Origin: an uncultured Porticoccus sp.
GTDB taxonomy: Bacteria; Pseudomonadota; Gammaproteobacteria; Pseudomonadales; Porticoccaceae
NCBI GenBank assembly: GCA_947259505.1
Contig: CAMYLT010000002.1
Span: 328,598 to 392,597 of the forward strand
DNA length: 64,000 bases
Reading direction: 5' to 3'
Shown here: positions 28,635-37,065 of the stretch, in pieces
Layout of the letters: each line of letters opens with the position of its first letter
How positions within the stretch are numbered: the stretch's first letter is position 1
The notes under the pieces: generated by a model
The model's database searches: none
What the model was told of the DNA's origin: nothing
What the model saw: only the letters and a program-made list of their open reading frames with translations
Position numbers and translations under genes: made by a program

Positions 28635-29783
28635 ATGGACAAGCCAGCCGACGACCAACGTCCCGATCCTGTTCCCGTTATCTGGCTGATCCTCGGTGAC
28701 AAGCAGGGTGATAACAGCCAGGTAGAAACCCTGATCGAAGGGTTGGGCTGGCCGCACACCCGCAAATACGTGCACATGCGGGATGAATTCGTGCTCGGCA
28801 AACCGAAGTTCGGGGCCACCCTCGACCACCTGGATTTGAGCCACTCCGATGCCCTGGAAGCGCCTTGGCCGGATCTCATCTTCACCGTCGGTCGGCGACC
28901 CTCCATGGTGGCCCTGTGGGTGAGAGAGCAGTCCGGCAACCGCACCCGCATCATCCTGGTGGGCAAACCTACCGGCAACATGCCGGACTTCGACCTGGTC
29001 ATCGCCAGTAGCGAGAACCAACTGCCACCGCTGGACAACCTGGTCCCCATCACTCTGCCCATGATGCAGGTTGATCCCGCGAAGATTGCCGCAGAGGCGG
29101 AACGGTGGAACAGCAGGTTGGCAGCACTGCCGCGGCCACTGGTCGCCATTCTGGTGGGAGGCGAAACCGGGCCATTCGTCATGAATGAAGCCATCGCAGA
29201 CAAGCTGGCGGCTCAGGCCCGCCACATTCAGAACGACTTGGGTGGCACCGCCTATGTCACCACCAGCCGGCGCACCAAACCCGAAGTAGTGCAAGCGATC
29301 AAGCGTGCCCTGCCCCAGGAAACCCCTTTCTTCGCCTGGTCTGCCGATGCCGGGGACAATCCCTACAAAGCCCTGCTGGGTGCGGCGGATGGCTTTATCG
29401 TTACCGGCGACAGTATTTCGATGATGGTGGAGGTGATCCTCATGCGCAAACCGCTCGCCATCTTCCCCCTTTCCCAAGGCTTCGCGGGCACGGTGGATCA
29501 GCTGCGCCGCTCCCTGATCAGGCGACTGTTCAATCCCCGCTGTGAAACAACCCTGGATCGCTTACGCCAGCGTCTGGCGCGATTTATTTTCCGATTTGAT
29601 CGCTTCAAGCTGCTGAGTTCCACTCGGGACTTCAACTACTTTCACAGAATGCTGATCCAGCAGGGACTGGCGGTATGGGCCGGAGAGACTCTCAAGCCCC
29701 CCGTCAATTTCGCAGCAAACGATCTGGATAGGGTGGTAACCCGAATCAACGGACTGTTTGAACCGTCGACGAATGCCGACTGA
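28635..29783 (+). CDS. ELM1-family protein, paralog 2
   Basis: VIWLILGDKQGDNSQ, APWPDLIFTVGRRPSMVALWVREQSGNRTRIILVGKP, FDLVIAS, ILVGGETG. It is the divergent member of the three. Confidence 0.7.
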   Translation: MDKPADDQRPDPVPVIWLILGDKQGDNSQVETLIEGLGWPHTRKYVHMRDEFVLGKPKFGATLDHLDLSHSDALEAPWPDLIFTVGRRPSMVALWVREQSGNRTRIILVGKPTGNMPDFDLVIASSENQLPPLDNLVPITLPMMQVDPAKIAAEAERWNSRLAALPRPLVAILVGGETGPFVMNEAIADKLAAQARHIQNDLGGTAYVTTSRRTKPEVVQAIKRALPQETPFFAWSADAGDNPYKALLGAADGFIVTGDSISMMVEVILMRKPLAIFPLSQGFAGTVDQLRRSLIRRLFNPRCETTLDRLRQRLARFIFRFDRFKLLSSTRDFNYFHRMLIQQGLAVWAGETLKPPVNFAANDLDRVVTRINGLFEPSTNAD

Positions 29784-29823
29784 GATTCGCCAGGGTCACA
29801 CCCCGGCTGGCCAACTCAGCGCC

Positions 29824-30450
29824 TCAGCGCAACCCCAAGACATTTTTGACAAAGCGTGTGGATAAACGGCTCAGCCGTTGACTGGCCACCGACAAGGTGC
29901 TCTGGTCGAGGTAGTTGAGCTGTACCATGCGCCGCTCGCCCACAAAGCGGGTGTGGCCGTGCCAAGAGTGATCGGTGCGGCGAAACGCCAGCAAAGTACC
30001 ACCGATGGGTGCCACCTCGGCGGCGTAGTCTTCAATATCATTACCCGAGCGCAGCATTCGCAGACGACCCTCTGTGGCGGTCCAGTCGGCATTGAAATAC
30101 ACCAGCACGGTCAGCACCTTGCTCTTGTGGTCAGTGTGGATGTTACCGTCCGTGCGCTCGCAAAACTTGCGAACCGTCAGAGTCGTCGGCAGATTGACGA
30201 GGTCCATGTCAAATTTCTCTGCCATCACTTCAGCCAGCTTGCGGCTTCTCATCTCTGCCACAAAGCGGGCGAAGCCGGGGCCGTAGCTGAGAGACTCCAG
30301 ATCGTGATTGGCCGCCGTGTCGATAGCGGGATAATCGGCATTGACCTGCGCCAGGCCGTCGCTGTCAATAAAATTGGGTACGACCAGGAAATCGAAGGGA
30401 TCCCGTTGCAGTTGGCTCTGTTGCACTGATTCGATATTGAGCAGGGGCAC
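29824..30450 (-). CDS. 2OG-Fe(II) oxygenase superfamily protein
   Basis: HxD facial triad in GNIHTDHKS and a distal His in DHSWHGH, with a beta-rich pattern between them. Confidence 0.65.
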   Translation of the reverse strand: MPLLNIESVQQSQLQRDPFDFLVVPNFIDSDGLAQVNADYPAIDTAANHDLESLSYGPGFARFVAEMRSRKLAEVMAEKFDMDLVNLPTTLTVRKFCERTDGNIHTDHKSKVLTVLVYFNADWTATEGRLRMLRSGNDIEDYAAEVAPIGGTLLAFRRTDHSWHGHTRFVGERRMVQLNYLDQSTLSVASQRLSRLSTRFVKNVLGLR

Positions 30451-30919
30451 AGTTGTTCTCTAAGGAATAATGACGACACTGGCGGGCATTCTAAATGCCC
30501 GCCCTCAAGTGCCGCAAGGCAGCTGCAACTCAGTCACAGCAACACTTGATACAGATCATAAACTGAACCCTGCTCAGCTGGCTTCAGACAGGTCTTCAAC
30601 AAAACAGATAGCTGACTACCCAATATTTGCAGCCACGTTTGCCCCTATATAATGAAGGGTACCATTGGAAATGGGACGCTACTGCCGAAACGGATCACAA
30701 TGGCAGATGCTTCAACAAGGATGGCTTAACCTCTCACCATGATATTTCTAATCTTTTACAACGGAGAGACAGGCTTAACGTGGATGATTTCCCGGGTAGT
30801 CATTTTAAAATGACTTAGTCTTATAGCATGGGGCGGACCTTGAAATCACTAAGATTTACAAGCCATACCTCAAAGAGGCTATTATTTCCGAGTATGCCTG
30901 GGGGAAAGCCGGTTCAACC

Positions 30920-31888
30920 CTACAATCCACCGCCATGATCGGACCCAAGCAATTTATCGACGATATCCACAACATATTGCCTATTTCGCTCAAATACTCC
31001 CTGCACATCATCTTCCTTCCTCAAAGGAAAACAGCGAACGTGAAAGCCAAATGGCTTCCCTTTCCAAAAAAACTTCTCCCAATTTTTAAGCCCATCAGAT
31101 TCCCAGCCAAACTTATTAAAATCAGAATCGAAAAAATATCCCTTCTTTTTAGGAATAAAACTCATATTATCTGGATAAAATAAATCTTTTACCTTTTCAA
31201 GAAAACTTGGATTGAAAGCCGGATTAAGGCACTCAACCTTTATTTTTGAGGCATCGAAATAAAGGTCAAATATTCTCCAACCAGTATCTCTAGACGTCCC
31301 AATTTTTTTTCTTTTCTCTAAGAAAATTTTAGCCTTAACTTTCTGCGCTATTGATTTCTTCGATGGTTTTTGATTAACCCAAGATGCATTGCTGTCATAA
31401 TCCGGAGTAAAATCTAGCGTTTCCAACGAGACCTTACTCAGATCGAAAAACACGCAGTGTGCGCACGGAAAATAACGAATTTTTCTGGAACGAGAAGGAT
31501 GCCAAGGAACACCCAATATAGAGACATCATTTTGCTCCATATAATTAATTATCTCGTTTACCCAGTTAGGTTTAATAATGTAAAAATCCGGATCTAAAAC
31601 CAACAAAAATCTGGATCTCACTTTCTTCAATGTTAATTGAAGCCCTGCTGCATGGTGATAGCTAGCTTCAGCATACGGTCTATTTACTGGTGGAGCACCG
31701 CCAAGCAATGAAACATTACGAACTTTTGGTTGTAATTTTTCAGTGGAGTTTTCTGGTGAATTTTCAGCAACAATCCATTCAATATTACACGAGGGGTTTA
31801 ATGCTCCTGCCAATTGAATATTAAGATCAAGCCAGGGGCCAGAATTAAATGATACTGAACAAACAGTTAGATCTTGCTGACCAAGCAT
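30920..31888 (-). CDS. Putative GT-A fold glycosyltransferase (GT2-like), AT-rich
   Basis: LTVCSVSFNSGPWL start, WIVAENSP, and the DxD-like LLVLDPDFYI. Sampled 60-nt lines are 23-33% G+C. Confidence 0.45.
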   Translation of the reverse strand: MLGQQDLTVCSVSFNSGPWLDLNIQLAGALNPSCNIEWIVAENSPENSTEKLQPKVRNVSLLGGAPPVNRPYAEASYHHAAGLQLTLKKVRSRFLLVLDPDFYIIKPNWVNEIINYMEQNDVSILGVPWHPSRSRKIRYFPCAHCVFFDLSKVSLETLDFTPDYDSNASWVNQKPSKKSIAQKVKAKIFLEKRKKIGTSRDTGWRIFDLYFDASKIKVECLNPAFNPSFLEKVKDLFYPDNMSFIPKKKGYFFDSDFNKFGWESDGLKNWEKFFWKGKPFGFHVRCFPLRKEDDVQGVFERNRQYVVDIVDKLLGSDHGGGL

Positions 31889-32101
31889 ACCTTCTCCAAT
31901 TCTTCTAACCCCAATTTATCTTTGATGAAACATCACACTACCGGCGATAAGACAATAGCCACCGGTGGCGGCCGCCAGCATTACATGATTAGCGATATTT
32001 CTCTTGTGCAAATAAGCTACTAATCATCGATTCACCAACATCAATAGAAGCCAAAAAATGTTAGACGTCACTCTCGCTTATCACACTTACAAATAAATAG
32101 T

Positions 32102-32896
32102 TCAATCCGCTCTGGTAAGATTTATTATGAGCGATCTGCGCATATTATCGGGGTTAGCCCCAACCATAGGCCGAACCGAGTGCCAAGAGTTAAATGTTTT
32201 GACAAAAATAACCCCCTGATTTGGCTCGAACTCAAAGGTGTCAACAACATCCATTTCTTCAAATGAAGCTTGCCTGTTCAACCAGTTAAAGTCCTTAGTT
32301 ATATCTTTAGGCTGATTAACATCGGTCCCGCCACCCACAGTCTTATCCCAAGCTTCTGTCATTGAGACAACAATTGTGACAAATTTTGAAGCCGTATCCG
32401 TATGCGGAAAAATATGCCCTCCTGTCTCGGGCATCATCTGAAACTCAAATCTTGCGTTCAGACGAGCACCTCGCTTGGGTGGCTGTCTTTTAATAATACT
32501 TTTCAGATTCTTGTAGAAATATTTCCATTTATTGGCAGGACGCCTGTACCCCAAATCGATACCATGCTCAAACAAAACATCCATTACTGAATAAATAAAA
32601 TCCTCACTTTTTATCCATTTATAGAATGTTTTCCAAACAGGACTGTTTTTTATGAAAGCGTGATACTGTTTTGCATGAAACTTTTCAGAAAGTGCGTACT
32701 TGTTACCGAGACGAGGCATATACAAAAACAAGTCCGTTTGAGGCCAATCTCTCACCATGTCTTTATATACAGAGCTTTCGATAAGATTTTTTGCCACACC
32801 AATCGGATAAGGCCTATACCTGAGCTTTAGGTTACTAAAATTGAAACAACCTTTCACAGGACTTCCTTCCATCTTAAACCTTCCTTTTGCTAACAC
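32102..32896 (-). CDS. Hypothetical protein, 2OG-Fe(II) oxygenase-like, AT-rich
   Basis: GGHIFPHTDT (HxD) and FNSWHSVRP in the same order and spacing logic as the 29824..30450 product. Start may be the internal Met (MEGSPV). Confidence 0.4.
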   Translation of the reverse strand: MLAKGRFKMEGSPVKGCFNFSNLKLRYRPYPIGVAKNLIESSVYKDMVRDWPQTDLFLYMPRLGNKYALSEKFHAKQYHAFIKNSPVWKTFYKWIKSEDFIYSVMDVLFEHGIDLGYRRPANKWKYFYKNLKSIIKRQPPKRGARLNARFEFQMMPETGGHIFPHTDTASKFVTIVVSMTEAWDKTVGGGTDVNQPKDITKDFNWLNRQASFEEMDVVDTFEFEPNQGVIFVKTFNSWHSVRPMVGANPDNMRRSLIINLTRAD

Positions 32897-32928
32897 CCAA
32901 GTTAACCAAAAATTGCACTCACACTCTA

Positions 32929-33684
32929 TTACACTGAACTAACATCCTTAAAAAGGGTGCTTTTAATTCCTTTTCTAAACAACTTCTTAAACAGTTTCCT
33001 ACGATCCGCAAGGACAAAAATGCTTTTTTCCTCTGCACAGAGCACCCAACGGATACCCGGATTTCGTTTGGCAGCCAGTTCCAATTGCCCTTTCCACCAC
33101 TTCGGCGGACGAATCGTACAGTGAGCATTGGTACCGTCAGGCAGCAGCTTTGCCGCCGGATAACAGGCCGCAACAATATAGACAAACTGATTCGCACGAC
33201 TAAACAGATCGTCCAGAAACCAGCTGACATCCTGCTCAGGAATGTGCTCTATGACATCCGTACTGATGACGCCATCGAAACACCCCTCCACTTCACCAGA
33301 AAAGGGCTCGTAGCCTGGGTCATAACAGGTGACAACCACCCCCCCCCACTCCGGCAATGACTTATAACGGGAATCGGTCGGGTATCCTGGCGCGGCGCTG
33401 TATAACCCTCCCTTCCCTGCACCAAAATCGAGAACCGTCTTTGCGCAGGTCTCATCGATCAATGTTGCAATCAATGGAATATGTTTTTCGAGAGAGCCGC
33501 CCCTGAAGGTCTTCTCCGGCCGGCTGGTATCGTCCGGACTGTCGTCCTTATGCATTTTGTCCGGCCTGCCATCCTTGTGCATACTCCCGTACATTTCGAG
33601 CAATTCCTGGTAACGGGGACTTGGAGAATTCTTGGTATAAATCTCCGAATCATTACTGATCGTTCGCGCTTCTACTTCTGTCAT
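32929..33684 (-). CDS. Class I SAM-dependent methyltransferase
   Basis: Motif I VLDFGAGKGG and post-I/II blocks (FDGVISTDVIEHI). It contains a G9 run on the coding strand. Confidence 0.7.
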   Translation of the reverse strand: MTEVEARTISNDSEIYTKNSPSPRYQELLEMYGSMHKDGRPDKMHKDDSPDDTSRPEKTFRGGSLEKHIPLIATLIDETCAKTVLDFGAGKGGLYSAAPGYPTDSRYKSLPEWGGVVVTCYDPGYEPFSGEVEGCFDGVISTDVIEHIPEQDVSWFLDDLFSRANQFVYIVAACYPAAKLLPDGTNAHCTIRPPKWWKGQLELAAKRNPGIRWVLCAEEKSIFVLADRRKLFKKLFRKGIKSTLFKDVSSV

Positions 33685-33959
33685 AACAGCCTACAAACAA
33701 TTATGTTTTGGTCATTCCGTTCACAAAAATCCGTAAACGCCCCGTTTACCAACCTAGCCACTTCCACCCAGAAGCTAGAGCTTTTTATGTTACCACCCAG
33801 AGACTCCAAACGTGCATACCGGGACTCAAATCCGCTATGATAAGCGTCGTTCTGCGCCAACGCCGGAGAGTGCGTTCATCGATGCGCGAAACGACACGAC
33901 ATGCCCTCCACAGGTTATGTTTTAATTGATCTCGGCGCTCTTCGGACATCGTCAACAGC

Positions 33960-34961
33960 ATGAAAGATATGATGCAAGTGGTGTCTCGCCACATCCTTTT
34001 GGCCGTTCTCGGCTTCCTGCCACGGGAGCGCAAAAAACGCCTTGAGCGCTGGTTGCGGGGGCGAGAAGAATACAGCCGCCTGCAGCGGGCCGACTGGGTG
34101 CTGATGTCCTGGGGCAAGAGTGGTCGCACCTGGTTGCGGGTTATGCTGAGCCGCTTCTACCACAACAAATTTGCCATTCCGGGTGACGAGCTGCTGGATT
34201 TCGACAACCTGAAGAAAGCGAACCCCGCGGCCCCCAGCGTATTTTTCACCCACAACAATTACCTGCGCAACTACACCGGCAACTGGCACTCCAAAGCCCA
34301 CTTTGACGGCAAACCCATCGTGCTGTTGGTTCGCGACCCACGAGATGTGGCGGTATCCCAGTTTTTCCAATGGCAGTACCGCATGCGCCCCAACAAGAAA
34401 TTCATCAATGACTACCCGCCCCACGGCGTCGAGATCACCCCCTTCCAGTTCGTGATGGATGTTCAGGCAGGGCTGCCCCGCGTCATTGACTATTTCAACG
34501 GCTGGGTAGAGACCCTGAACGCGCGGAACGATGTGATGATGGTTCGCTACGAAGACATGCGGACCGAACCCGAGCGTGAACTGTCCCGGATCATCGCCTT
34601 CACCGGCACACCGGGCACAGAAGATGAAGTGCGCGACGCGGTGGACTTTGCCGCCTACGACAACATGAAAAAACTCGAGGAAAGCCGCTTCTTCAAGGGC
34701 AGCGGTGCCCGGGTCAAGCCCGGCGACAGCGCGAATCCGCAGTCCTTCAAGGTACGGCGCGCCAAAGTGGGCGGCTACCGGGATTACTTCAGCGACGAGG
34801 AATGCGCGCAGCTCGACACCCTGATGGAAACCCTGCACCCGGTATTCGGTTACGGCCTGTCCAGCAGTATTACCACAGAGATAAGCGAGAGCACCGATAC
34901 TTCCGAAAACGACAATGGGCATGATCTAGCCAAACAAAACACAGGCACCCCCACAGCATGA
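33960..34961 (+). CDS. PAPS-dependent sulfotransferase 2
   Basis: SWGKSGRTWLRVM, LLVRDPRDVAVSQF, RRAKVGGYRDYF. Confidence 0.85.
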   Translation: MKDMMQVVSRHILLAVLGFLPRERKKRLERWLRGREEYSRLQRADWVLMSWGKSGRTWLRVMLSRFYHNKFAIPGDELLDFDNLKKANPAAPSVFFTHNNYLRNYTGNWHSKAHFDGKPIVLLVRDPRDVAVSQFFQWQYRMRPNKKFINDYPPHGVEITPFQFVMDVQAGLPRVIDYFNGWVETLNARNDVMMVRYEDMRTEPERELSRIIAFTGTPGTEDEVRDAVDFAAYDNMKKLEESRFFKGSGARVKPGDSANPQSFKVRRAKVGGYRDYFSDEECAQLDTLMETLHPVFGYGLSSSITTEISESTDTSENDNGHDLAKQNTGTPTA

Positions 34962-35914
34962 ACATGATGATCAATGAGTTTCTGCAAGCACGGCGGATTT
35001 TGTGGAAAAAACTGTCGCGCCGCCTTCTTCACTTACGGATGATACGTAGTGACGAAGCCGAGCGACTGCGCGCCGAGCGGGTGCTGCGCGGCAAGGAGCA
35101 GAACAATACCCTGCAGAAAGCGGATTTCGTGGTGGTCTCCTTCGGTAAAAGCGGCCGCACCTGGCTGCGGGTGATGATGTCCCAGGCACTGCGTCTGCAC
35201 TGGAATATTCCGGGCCATGCCATGCTGGGTTTCGACAACTTCCACAACATGAACCGGCAGGTACCGAAGATCTTCTTCACTCACGACAACTACATCAAGG
35301 ACTACGCCGGCCAGCCGGATTCCAAGTCGCCGTTCTACGGCAAGAAGGTGATCCTGCTGGCACGTGACCCGCGCGACACCTCGGTTTCCAATTACTTCCA
35401 GTGGAAGTTCCGCATGAAACCGAACAAGAAAAAGATCAACAACTATCCCGCTGAAAACTCGGATATCGGCGTGTTCGACTATATGACCAGCCAGCACGGT
35501 GGCAGCCTCGCGGATGTGATCGGCTTTCTGAACATCTGGGCCAAAGAGGCCGACAAAATCACCGATTTCCATCTGGTGCGTTACGAAGATCTGCGCCGCG
35601 ACACCGCAACCGCGCTGCGCGAACTGCTCGACTTTATGGCGATCCCGGTGAGCGACAAACATCTCGCAGCAGCCGTGGAGTTCAGCTCATACGAGAACAT
35701 GAAGAAAATGGAAGAGCGCAATGCCTCTTCGCCCAGCGGTCGGCTGGCGCCGAAGGACAAGGACAATCCGAACAGCTACAAGGTGCGCCGCGCCAAGGTA
35801 GGCGGTTACCGGGATTACCTGGAGGACGATCAGGTAGAGCAGGTGGACAAACTGGTAGTGTCGACACTGGACCCGATGTACCAGTACACCGGGCCCACGT
35901 CAAAACAGGATTAA
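34958..35914 (+). CDS. PAPS-dependent sulfotransferase 3
   Basis: SFGKSGRTWLRVM, LLARDPRDTSVSNY, RRAKVGGYRDYL. ATGA start/stop overlap with sulfotransferase 2. Confidence 0.85.
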   Translation: MNMMINEFLQARRILWKKLSRRLLHLRMIRSDEAERLRAERVLRGKEQNNTLQKADFVVVSFGKSGRTWLRVMMSQALRLHWNIPGHAMLGFDNFHNMNRQVPKIFFTHDNYIKDYAGQPDSKSPFYGKKVILLARDPRDTSVSNYFQWKFRMKPNKKKINNYPAENSDIGVFDYMTSQHGGSLADVIGFLNIWAKEADKITDFHLVRYEDLRRDTATALRELLDFMAIPVSDKHLAAAVEFSSYENMKKMEERNASSPSGRLAPKDKDNPNSYKVRRAKVGGYRDYLEDDQVEQVDKLVVSTLDPMYQYTGPTSKQD

Positions 35915-35937
35915 AGCACTAAGGGTTGCTGCACCCG

Positions 35938-36876
35938 TCAGGATGCAGCCGCCATCTTGGGCGCATCCTTGCCGATGCGCCAACGTTCTACTACTTCGAA
36001 TGCATCACTACGCAAGTGCCCCTGACGCATTTCATCGCGCAGTTGCTGTTCGGTGATGATTCCCTTCTCAAGACATTCACCAACCAGGCTGAAAAAGAAC
36101 CGCTCCTGATTCGGATCGGGATGCTCTTTGTAGCGACCGGCCAAACCATAATCACCAAACAGCGCCCTGCGGGCACGGCGCAACCAGTGCTTTGGCGGGA
36201 ACAGCTGGAACGTATCCGCCGCACGGAAATCCACCTTGAGGCCCGTCTTCCAGGGCTGAGTTTTGCGTTTGGTGTTGTGTAGCATGTGGGTCGCCGGGGT
36301 CAGGCGGTCAAAATCATTCCACTCATTTTCAAACAGGCCGATGGTATCCGGGTCCTCCAGCTTGAGGGATACCCAGTCCATGTAGTCGCGCTGTCCGGTG
36401 AACATCTCGTTGACATTCTCTTCCAGGCGCCAGTGGGTCAGTTTGGCGCAGTCCAGTAACATCACGCTGGAGGCCATGGCACCCCGGCGTCCTTTGTTGC
36501 CGGATTTGGGTCGACACATCAGCGCCGCTCCCTCCATATCCCGGGACAACAAATCCCATACATCACCTACGGCAAACACATCGGGATCGACCACCAACGC
36601 CCGGCCCGTGTAATTCATCAGTTGGGGGGGCGCGAACCGCAGCGGGGTGAACGACTGAAGATCATCATTCAACCAGGCGCGCATTTCGCCATCGCGCAGG
36701 TAGCGCTGCCCTTCACGCTCCTGCAAACAGGGGAAGTCCCGGTTGTGCATGAAGCGCACTTCGAACTTGTCGTTATGGCTGGAGTTGCGGCGGAACGCGT
36801 ATTCGCTGATCAATGCGCCGAGCCATTGCTTATGGTTGGCTTGAATAAAAACGCAGTAGTCCAAGGATGACCTCAC
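35938..36876 (-). CDS. GT8-like nucleotide-sugar transferase, paralog A
   Basis: DxD in ALVVDPDVFA and the GT8-type HxxGxxKPW-like motif LHNTKRKTQPWKTG. Paralogous to 38211..39158. GTG or TTG start. Confidence 0.5.
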   Translation of the reverse strand: MRSSLDYCVFIQANHKQWLGALISEYAFRRNSSHNDKFEVRFMHNRDFPCLQEREGQRYLRDGEMRAWLNDDLQSFTPLRFAPPQLMNYTGRALVVDPDVFAVGDVWDLLSRDMEGAALMCRPKSGNKGRRGAMASSVMLLDCAKLTHWRLEENVNEMFTGQRDYMDWVSLKLEDPDTIGLFENEWNDFDRLTPATHMLHNTKRKTQPWKTGLKVDFRAADTFQLFPPKHWLRRARRALFGDYGLAGRYKEHPDPNQERFFFSLVGECLEKGIITEQQLRDEMRQGHLRSDAFEVVERWRIGKDAPKMAAAS

Positions 36877-37065
36877 AATCGTCTAGAAGTGAAACAAACT
36901 CTATCGCCTGAGTGGTCGAATCCTAGCAGCTTGAAACGGCCAGATCACTCACCCAGATCAAATAATCGGCACTTTCCCCAGCCCGCAAATATCGCCATTC
37001 AAGCAGAATTGGTGGAATACCCCGAATTGGGTAAACTGCCTGTCTCGATCAGTATCGGTCTCCCC

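Noticed and set aside
30470-30818. Two 60-63-aa ORFs in the 470-bp gap upstream of the 2OG oxygenase gene
   Set aside because: They have no RBS, motif or coding-like composition, so I treat the gap as non-coding, possibly decayed DNA. The 9-bp-stem hairpin at 30481-30503 lacks a U-tract and was not called as a terminator.
33915-35662. Long minus-strand ORFs (33915..34922, 35033..35662) opposite sulfotransferases 2 and 3; likewise 28596..29477, 38454..39251, 40499..41530, 23220..24008, 2874..3758, 48631..49332 and 52025..52981 opposite other called genes
   Set aside because: In each case the other strand carries clear catalytic motifs. These ORFs have the His/Gly/Val/Arg-heavy look of antisense frames.
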